Source of the DNA: Eledone cirrhosa
Lineage: Eukaryota
DNA: 64,000 bases
NCBI GenBank assembly: GCA_964016885.1
Contig: OZ024749.1
Location: 22,940,001-23,004,000 of the forward strand
Direction of reading: 5' to 3'
The number at the start of each line of letters is the position of its first letter. Positions within the stretch are counted from its first letter, which is position 1. This document shows, piece after piece, positions 53,237-64,000 of this stretch. The position numbers and the translations under genes are program-made. The notes under the pieces are model-generated. The model was not told where the DNA came from and did no database searches. It saw only the letters and a program-made list of their open reading frames with translations.

Positions 53237-54951
53237 AGAATTTTTCAGGGTGACTCTTTATCACCGCTTTTATTCTGCATCGCACTTATACCGTTAAGTA
53301 AAATGCTCAATGAAACAAAACATGGATATAAAGTCTATGACAAAACCATTAATCACCTGTTCTACATAGATGACCTGAAACTATTTGCAAAAAATGATGA
53401 ATAATTGCAAGGGCTATTATCCACTGTGAAGCAGTTCAATGATGACATTAAAATGGAGTTTGGACTAGATAAATGCGCCAAAGCAACGTTCACCAGAGGA
53501 AAGCTGCTGAAGAGTTCAGACATTAATCTTGATCGGGGGAACGTGATAAGAGAACTTGATCAAGATAAAACTTACAAATATCTAGGTGTTTGTGAAGGAG
53601 ACGGAATCAAGCACTCGACAATGAGGGAAAGGATAAGGAAGGAATGTTACCGCAGAGTAAGAGCAATCTTAAGAACGGAATTGAATGCAAGGAATGGGAT
53701 CGATGCCATAAACACGCTTGCCATACCACTAGTAACCTACAGTTACAATGTCATCAACTGGTCAAGCACAGAGATCCGTAGGCTCGATATAAAAATTCGA
53801 AAATTCTTAACCATGCACAGAATGCATCACCCTAAGGCAGATATAGATAGAATATATCTCCCTAGGAAAGAAGGAGGACGTGGGTTAATCCAGTTAGACA
53901 TTGCGTTGAAAACTGCAACAATTGGATTATCTACACATCTAAGGGAATCACATGATTGGATGATCAAACTCGTTTTGAAACACGAAAGCATCAAAAGATC
54001 ATATTCCATTACAAAAGATGCACAAAGATACAGTAATGGACTACAAATTTCAGAAGTCCCATTTACTGCTGAAATGGAAAACACAGAAAAAGCAAAGCAG
54101 CTAAAAGTAACTGCAAAGAAAGAACTGCTACAGAAACTGGCTAAGAAATGGCAAGAAAAGCCTCTGTATGGAAAATACCCAGAGCGAGCTAACAATCCTG
54201 ATGTTGACAAAACTTTAACCCATCAGTGGTTGGCATCCTCTGGACTGAAATCGGAGACTGAAGGACTGATTATATAGGCACAAGATCAGTGTCTGCCAAC
54301 AAAAAATTACCAAGCCAACATAATAAAAAATGGGTGCAGCCCATTATGCCGTGTATGCAAAAAACAACCAGAGACCATTGACCATATAATTTCAATGTGC
54401 AGTCCTAAAGCTCCAACCGAATAGCTAAACAGGCATGACAGAGCTGCACAATACATACATTGGATAATGTGTAAGCATTTTGACCTGCCCCATCAAAAGA
54501 ATTGGTGGGAGCATCAACCACCTCCCATACTTGAAAAAGATCACATCTCAATCTTGTGGAACTTTAGCATCCAAACAGACCGAAAAATAGATGCAAATAG
54601 ACCTGATATAATATTGAAAGACTTTCAAAAGAGGGTATGCCTGCTAATTGATATGTCTGTTCCAATAGACAGGAATGTATCTATAAAAACATTTGAAAAA
54701 TTGAGCAAGTATAAGGACCTGGAGATAGAAATTGGAAAAATGTGGAAATTGAGAACTAAACCAATACCAGTGGTTGTGGGCGCTCTGGGAATGATACCTA
54801 AGGGGTCTAATGATTACTTATCGCAAATCCCAGGAAACCCGCGTATAAGAGAAATACAAAAGATAGTACTAATGGGAACTGCCCATATACTAGGTCACTG
54901 GTTGTGACTTGGTGATAACTCGTATGAACATAAAGCAAGATAAATGCAACT

Positions 54952-54953
<2 letters not shown>
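53237..54953 (+). mobile_element. R4/Dong family B, 5'-truncated
   Basis: IFQGDSLSP, YIDD, CRVC..HIISMC, NRPD..IDMSVP..KLSKY; (TAA)n on both sides. Confidence 0.9.
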
Positions 54954-55033
<80 letters not shown>

Positions 55034-56049
55034 GAAGAAGAAGAAGAAGAAGAAGCAGAAGGAGAAGAAGAAGAAGAAGAAAAAGACGCACGTGGTGGAT
55101 AGAAGGTCATGAAATCGCTCCCGTAAGATTTTGATTTTTAACATATTTAAATCAATTGTGGAATAACAGTACAAATGATACATAAAGCACCATACTCAGC
55201 TCTCAGGAAAATGCGGATCCATAATATCCTGTTATATTGCTCAAATATTCAATTTTGTATTATAAATTTTATATTCAAAAAAGAAAATGGTTATAAATGG
55301 AAGAAAAAACCCCCTCTGTCTACACTATATAGAACAGCAAAATAACAGCAATTTTACCAACACCAGAAACTAGATGCACCACCTACACCATCACCTCTCT
55401 GTGTACACTAAATACAACAGCCAGATAACGGCAATTTTACCACCACCACCACCACCAATCCCAGCATAATAATAATAATTACTATTATTATTGTCTCATG
55501 TCTTCACAAAATGTTTAATTCCAATATTAAGTGAATATGTCAACACATATATTAAACATACGCGACAAATCGCATAGATACTCAGATCAAACAAACTACA
55601 GTCTATTCAACAAAACTCAGTAACGACAACGCCATCGCTATAGTCACCGCCGCCACCACTTCATCCATCATTGCTACCACTATCCTATCACCACCGCCAC
55701 CACTCCTTCATTGCTACCACCACTATACCCCCATTACCTTCTGTTAACTTAAGAAAGGGGAAGGTGGCGGTATCACTAGACAAGGGAGAGGCTAGCAAAA
55801 GATATAAATAGATTGACTTAGTGACCCGGCCACCGGCCAAATATCAACGACTATGGCACTGCTGGCTCACCCCTTCCCCACCAACAATAGAAAAAGCCCC
55901 AGAACCACCACCGACATAGCCAACAACAATAACAGGCAACTTCAGCAAAAAGTATATTATATTATTAATAATTTCATTCTTAAGCCACGCAATGCTCACA
56001 TTAAGGAACCACTCATGATAATAACAATTTAAAAAAAACAACAAAAAAG

Positions 56050-59000
56050 AAAACCCCGTGACCAAGAAATACCGGGATGGAGGCTGGCGGGGAATAGCCG
56101 TGTCTCTAGGGGAGGACGACCCCTCTAGTCTTGGTTGACACTCGTCCTAGAAGTGGTAACACGAAATGATTACCCCTTGGCGGATAAGGATAAAACGCGA
56201 CAAAATAAAGTAAATGTCAAATGATAAAATCTCATACCTGATCGGCCGTCACCCGGGTCCCTCAGAGAAGAACCAGACTGGGGTCGAACAATCAGCTAAT
56301 TGTTCAAACCTTCCCATCACTTCGGAGCTGGAGACCTCCCATAACCGGAATACTCCTACTGTTGGCCCTCCATGCTCACCACCAAGAAATCCAAAGAAAA
56401 AGAGAGAAAAATGGTCAAGGGAAGATAATAGAGAAGTCCTTGAGGCTTTCTACACTGCCATGTACTACCCATCAAATACATCGAATAAAGAACAGACATA
56501 TATCAATGGAAAAAGAAACATCCCGAAAACAGAGGCTATATTGACAGTAACAATATACGAAGAAATATTGTAAAAAAAAAGTTACTAACTGATATAGAAA
56601 TTGATCAGATCAAGCTATTAGCACAAAGTTAGCGAAGGGAAAATGAAACATGTGTCAGTGAAAACGATGGTAAATTGTAACACTTCGAATCCCAGGTTTG
56701 GGGCCGAATCACTGAAAACAGAACAAATTAAAGAAATGATCGAAAAAGTGGAGGGAGTGCATGCTCAAGATGAAACTCAAAATGAAAACAATGAGATTGT
56801 AAATGATAAAGAAATGAATGAGAATGAACTTGCCAACTTGAAGTATGAAATTATGATCGAATGGATGAAAATGAAAGAATCTGACATGGGGGAACGAGAC
56901 ACCCTCCCTTATATCCAGAACTCCAAACAGAACCAAAAAATAATACACAAGACTAACATAATTCTCAAAAACATTATCATCACAAACAAACTAAACATTA
57001 CTGATTTAAATCATCTCTATTATGCATCGGCTAAAGTCACCACTCACTTATGTGGAGTGAAAATGAAAAAAACAAAGGAATTCCCACAAGAAATCTACTT
57101 GGCAAGAGAACATCAATCGCCAAATAAACCTTCTGAGATCTGACATAGAAATTTTAACAAACTATAAAGTAGGTGAACATGTTAAACAAACTAAACTTAG
57201 AAAATTGAAAAGAAAGTACAGTATAAAATCAACAAGTGACATAGACATGCTGATAGAAATAATCAAGCAAAAAGTGTCGGCCAAAGCTGCTCGTATAAGG
57301 CGCTTTGAAAAACGATCTAGATTCTATAAGGACAATAATATGTTCAAAAACAACCAAAGAAACTTCTACAGAAAAATTGGTAAGTCAACAATAACTGCTA
57401 AATCAATACCACCCAAGGAGGAAGTGCAAGAATTCTGGGAAAAGATCTGGGCCGAAGAAAAAGTTCATAATATACATGCCCCATGGGTAGACAGACAAAT
57501 GAAAGATATAGCTCACCTTGAGGAACAAATATGGGAAAATATAACAGTTGAACATTTGCGTTTGGCTCTTAGAAAAACCAGCAAATGGAAATCCCCAGGA
57601 AAAGACAAAATACCAAATTTTTGGATAAATACCTTCACAGATCTCATGAGCTGTTAGCCCAACTTTACAACGAAATAGTTAAGGAGCCAGAAAAGATACC
57701 ATCATGGCCGTTAACGGCATTACATTCCTGCTTCCGAGACAAACAATCCCAAAAATTACAGACAGATAACTTGCTTGACCACAATGTATAACATTTTAAC
57801 ATTAGTCCTAACTGAATATACATATGACCACCTGATAACAAATGACCTATTTCCCATTGAGCAGAAAGGGTTTAAACGAGGCTCATATGGCTGTAAGGAT
57901 CAGCTTTTGGTTAACAAAATGATACTGGAAGATTGTCATAATAGACACAAAAATCTATCAATTGCTTGGATAGATTATAAAAAAGCATTCGATAGTTTGC
58001 CACACAGTTGGATTGAAAAATGTTTATAGATATTCAAAATATCTCCCGTTGTCAGGAGGTTTTTGTCATTCAGTATGAAGACATGGAAAACGACACTCCT
58101 TTTGAATAGTGAACCAAAATCACTGGAAGCTGTAGAAGTTAATATTAATTGTGGAATTTTTCAGGGTGACTCTTTATCACCGCTTTTATTCTGCATCGCG
58201 CTTATACCATTAAGTAAAATGCTCAATGAAACAAAACATGGATATAAAGTCTATGACAAAACCATTAATCACTTGTTCTACATGGATGAACTGAAACTAT
58301 TTACAAAAAATGATGAATAATGGCAAGGGCTATTATCCACCGTGGTGCAGTTCAGTGACGACATTAAAATAGAGTTTGGACTAGATAAATGCACCAAAGC
58401 AACGTTCACCAGAGCAAAGCTGCTGAAAAGTTCAGACATTAAGTTGATCGGGGGAATGTGATAAGAGAACTTGATCAAGAGGAAACTTATAAATATCTAG
58501 GTGTTTGTGAAGGAGACGGAATAAAGCACTCGACAATGAGGGAAAGGATAAGGAAGGAATGTTACCGCAGAGTAAGAGCAATCTTAAGAACGGAATTGAA
58601 TGCAAGGAATAAGATCGATGCCATAAACACGCTTGCCATACCAGTAGTAACCTACAGTTACAATGTCATCAACTGGTCAAGCACAGAGATCTGTAGGCTC
58701 GATACAAAAATTCGAAAATTCTTAACCATGCGCAGAATGCATCACCCTAAGGCAGATACAGATAGAATATATCTCCCTAGGAAAGAAGGAAGACGTGGGT
58801 TAATCCAGTTAAACATTGCGTTGAAAACTGCAACAATTGGATTATCTACATATCTAAGGGAATCACATGATGGATGATCAAACTCGTTTTGAAAAACGAA
58901 AGCATCAAAAGATCATACTCCATTACAAAAGATGCACAAATATGCAGTAATGGACTACAAATCTCAGAAGTCCCATTTACTGCTGAAATGGAAAACACAG

Positions 59001-59968
59001 AAAAAGCAAAGCAGGTAAAAGTAACTGCGAAGAAAGAACTGCTACAGAAACTGGCTAAGAAATGGCAAGAAAAACCTCTGTATGGAAAATACCCAGAACG
59101 AGCTAACAATCCTGATGTTGACAAAACTTTAACCCATCAGTGGTTGGCATCCTCTGGACTGAAATCGGAGACTGAAGGACTGATTATATAGGCACAAGAT
59201 CAGTGTCTGCCAACAAAAAATTACCAAGCCAACATGATAAAAAATGGATGCACCCCATTATGCCGTGTATGTAAAAAACAACCAGAGACCATTGACCATA
59301 TAATTTCAATGTGCAGTCCTATAGCTCCAACCGAATACCTAAACAGGCATGACAGAACTGCACAATACATACATTGGATAATGTGTAAGCATTTTGACCT
59401 GCCCCATCAAAAGAATTGGTGGGAGCATCAACCACTTCCCATACTTGAAAAAGATCACATCTCAATCTTGTGGAACTTTAGCATCCAAACAGACCGAAAA
59501 ATAGATGCAAATAGACCTGGTATAATACTGAAGGACTTTAAAAAGAGGGTATGCCTGCTAATTGATATGTCCGTTCCAATAGACAAGAATGTATCTATAA
59601 AAACATTTGAAAAATTGAGCAAGTATAAGGACCTGGAGATAGAAATTGGAAAAATGGGGAAATTGAGAACTAAACCAATACCAGTGGTTGTAGGCGCTCT
59701 GGGAATGATACCTAAGGGGTCTAATGATTACTTATCGCAAATCCGAGGAAACCCGCGTATAGGAGAAATACAAAAGATAGTACTAATGGGAACTGCTCAT
59801 ATACTAAGGAAGATTCTGTCAATATAAGTACATCACAAGTCAAAACACCTAAAGATGCATGTGTGAGTATGTATGTTCTTTCTTGAACATGGCGGACCTT
59901 GTTGTCTCTTGAGGTCACTGGTTGTGACTTGGTGATAACTCGTATGAACATAAGATAAATGTAACTGT
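56050..59968 (+). mobile_element. R4/Dong family B, near full length, decayed
   Basis: GC-richer 5' UTR, N-terminal REKWSREDN, KSPGKD, DYKKAFD, QGDSLSP, Cys/His motif and RLE; ends in (TAA)n. Confidence 0.9.
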
Positions 59969-59994
59969 AATAATAATAATAATAATAATAATTA

Positions 59995-61228
59995 AGATCT
60001 GAATACATTCGGAGAGTAAGGAGCGTATAAAATCACATCTGAACAGTAGGAATGCCATCAGTACAGTAAATTCCCGAGCTGTGTCTATTATTAGGTACAG
60101 TGCGGGAATTCTGAGATGGAATGTTGCTGAACAAAAAGAAATGGATAGGAAGACTAGGAAACTATTGACTATCTACAACATGTTCCACAAGAGGAGTGAT
60201 GTAATAGACTCTACTTAAGAAGATCTGTAGGGGAAGAGGTCTTATCAGCATAGTGGACTGTGTTCAGATGGAGAAAAACAACCTACACAAATACGTGACT
60301 GATAGTAAGGAGCCAATGCTCAGAATTGTACTGAAGGAGAGGACAATAGACCAGGGGATGTCCAAGGAGGAAATAACAACAAGGAGAAAGAGCAGCCTTC
60401 ATGAAAAATCCCTTCATAGTACCTTCTTTGAGAAAACTGAATTCAGAGATCCACAGACATGGAACTGGTTGAAAAGAGGAGACCTTAAAAAGGCTACAGA
60501 AGGAATGTTAATGGCTGCGCAAGAGCAGGCCCTCAAAACGATGTGGTTGAAACACCATTTTTACAAGGAGGAGGCTAGCCCACTGTGCAGGATCTGTGGA
60601 GAGAGAAAGGAGACTCTGGCTCACATTGTATCCGAGTGTAAACACCTAGCCCAGACTCACTATAAGGGCTGCAGACATGATGTGATGGGCAGGGTGATCC
60701 ACTGGCACCTATGCAAAGTAAACAATTTACCACATTCTGAGAAGTGGTATGAGCATAAGCCAGAGTCGGTGATAGAAAACGATCAGGTGAAGGTGCTGTG
60801 GGATTTTAGGATACAGACGGACAAGAAATTGGAACACAATAGATCTGACCTGGTGGTTTTCGACAAGGAAAAATATCGTGCCTGATTGTGGATGTGGCCT
60901 GCCCATTCGATACGAGAGTGCAAGAGAAGGAGAGGGAGAAAATTAAACGATACCAGGAAGTGGGAGGTAAAAGGATTTGGAACTGCTATGAAGTCAAAGT
61001 GGTCCCGATTGTCATAGGCGCACTAGGTACTATCTCAAAAAGTTTCCAGTGATGGTTAAAGAAAATTGGCCCCTTCACGCTTTTTGGAACGCTTCAAAAG
61101 GTATGCTTGCTGGAAACAGCAAGAACCCTCCGATACGTCCTGAATATCTGAGGCTGCAGGTAGTGGCTTGATATTCATTTCAACACACTTTCCAGTTAAC
61201 TAACATCAATGACTGAGACTCAAAGAAC
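59995..61228 (+). mobile_element. R4/Dong family A, 5'-truncated, flanked by (TAA)n
   Basis: Collinear with the reverse complement of about 4868-6105. Confidence 0.9.
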
Positions 61229-61714
61229 AATAATAGTAATAATAATAAATTTGAAGACTAAAATCCAAAGTGGCCTCGATAAGGATATATATATATCAAA
61301 TATATAAGGACCGTAGAGCAAATATTTATTACAATAACAGATTAAAGTTTAAACAAACAATCGCTGCTTTCACCCTTAACATATTGATTGACTTTTTTTA
61401 GTTTCAGAAGTTTCACCGTTAAGTTTGAAAGCAGCGATTATTTGCTAAAACTTTCATATGTTATTTTAATATATATATATGACAATGTATAAGTGCATCA
61501 TGTCTCAAGGGTAATTGGAGCATTACCTGAGTAGGAACTGAAGATGAAATCTAGAATCATATGTTTATACCAAAATAATATTTGACAGTTACATAAAAGT
61601 GAGCCGCCTCATTAAAATTTCCTTCTTAGAATGAGTTGTGCCATTCAGCAAAACATAAAACTTCCATGTATCTGTCACATTTTCCAAGAGAATATATCTA
61701 TATCTATCTATATA

Positions 61715-61773
<59 letters not shown>

Positions 61774-61937
61774 ATAGATATAGGTATGTACATATATGTA
61801 TATATGTATATATATAAATGTATATATATATATATGTGTATGTGTGTGTGTATGTGTGTGTTTGTGTTTGTGTGTGTCTGTGTGTTTGTGTGTGTATCTA
61901 TGTGTGTATGTGGTTATGTATGTATATATGTGCATGT

Positions 61938-61980
<43 letters not shown>

Positions 61981-62525
61981 GGTGTGAGTGTGTGTGTGTA
62001 TATATATATATACAAATATACAATTTGAGGTTAAAATCTAATCGGTAAACTTATAATCAAACATGAAATGAAAGTATGAAGAACGATGTAAATAGAAACA
62101 GACAGATACATACGCGTATATTACAAAAAATATTCTCTAAGCAGAAACAAAAAAAAATGTGGAGAAAATAAAATATGAAATATATGCCATTTTGAGAAAT
62201 ACACAATGTCAATTGAAGGGAAAAATATACATAAACGTATATCAGAAAAATCAGACGTAAGATTGAGTTAAAGGAGGAATGAGAAAGAAATACAATATAA
62301 AATGTATATAAAATATTTTCGTGAAAGACGATAAGCAAGGATAAACATATCAGATAAAAAAAATTGACAATTGTATGGTTGGGGCGAATAACAAAACAAG
62401 TATAAATCATAACATGAACGCACGAACATATAATACACAGGAACAAATAATACACAAGAACATCATGTCAAGAATTACAAATGGAGAAATAAATGGTGTA
62501 TAGGAGAACGACTTTTGAGGAAATA

Positions 62526-62570
<45 letters not shown>

Positions 62571-62590
62571 CATATATATATACATATATA

Positions 62591-62703
<113 letters not shown>

Positions 62704-62876
62704 TTCTCTCTCTCTCTCTATATATATATATGTACACATATCAATATATAAATATATATACACACACACATATATATATATATATAGATATACACATCTA
62801 TATATATATATATAGATAGATATATAGATATAATATGTATATAGATGTACACTCATATTTATATATAGATATATAG

Positions 62877-62929
<53 letters not shown>

Positions 62930-63332
62930 ACGTGTATGAATGTGTGTATGTGTGTATGCATATTATATTATTGTAAAGAAGGGGTGAATAAAGTATATTT
63001 ATATATAAATTAAACTGAATGAAAAAGAAAGAAAAATGAGTAAGTGGGAAAAGAAACCGACAAAAGAGGAGATAGAGAGAGTGAGGGATAGAAGGTAAAG
63101 AAACGAATAGAAGAGAGGGGAGGAAAGTTTAGGGACGAGAAATCTAATAATGGTGGGCATTAAACAGACAGCATGATAAATATATTAGGTATACCATCGA
63201 TCATGTTGAATTTGTGGGTGACAAAATATATGTGTTATATATATATATATATATATATAATCTATATATACATATATCTATCTCTCTCTCTATCTCTCTC
63301 TCTATATATATATAAATATATGCATATATGCA

Positions 63333-63379
<47 letters not shown>

Positions 63380-63401
63380 GTGTATCTATTTATCTATCTA
63401 T

Positions 63402-63477
<76 letters not shown>

Positions 63478-63479
<2 letters not shown>

Positions 63480-63803
63480 GTGAGGTTTTTTTTACAAAAT
63501 AAAAAATAACCGAGGTATCCTACACGAGTGAAAGTATAAAGAAAAAGAGATGAAATCGAAAATGCAACTGAAGTCTTATTTTTTTTTAAAATATATATAT
63601 TTATTTGGTTAAAAATATATATATTTAGTTGAGATGGAGGGTCTGTGGTTTTTCTCACAGAAAAACCACAGACCCTCCATCTCAACTCACCTTTTGAAAA
63701 GCAGAAGAACTGCGAAACCGGTAAAGGAACCAAATAAATATATATATTTTAAAAAAGAATAAGACTTCAGTTGCATTTTCGATTTCATCTCTTTTTCTTT
63801 ATA
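63478..63803. mobile_element. pLTR-like element with nested inverted repeats and a degenerate hammerhead
   Basis: Outer arms about 63535-63610 and 63728-63803; inner hairpin 63627-63687; CCUU UUGAAAA GCAG-AAGAA-CUGC GAAAC-CG-GUA AAGG at 63690-63727. Confidence 0.6.
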
Positions 63804-63810
63804 TATAAAT

Positions 63811-63903
<93 letters not shown>

Positions 63904-63937
63904 TATATATACATATATCTATCTATATCTCTCTCAC

Positions 63938-64000
<63 letters not shown>

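Overview
Repeat-dominated animal genomic DNA, probably an octopod cephalopod (inferred from the SINE types and the extreme (TA)n/(CA)n/(TAA)n density). I can support no host protein-coding gene; most short ORFs in the track are microsatellite translations. The window holds five kinds of element. (1) Two Tx1/L1-clade LINEs, the first with an uninterrupted 1139-aa APE-RT ORF2, plus Tx1 3' fragments. (2) Two families of R4/Dong-clade RT + restriction-like-endonuclease LINEs stacked in (TAA)n tracts. (3) RTE fragments and bipartite RTE-derived non-autonomous elements, two with twin-priming 5' inversions. (4) tRNA-derived SINEs. (5) A Penelope-like element (RT + GIY-YIG) inside a ~4.8-kb fold-back structure. 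The most notable hidden layer is a dense set of type I hammerhead ribozyme motifs from several unrelated sequence families. Most lie in short inverted-repeat-plus-tail elements embedded in (TA)n and look like Penelope pseudo-LTR derivatives. All folds and alignments were done by eye, so element boundaries are approximate.
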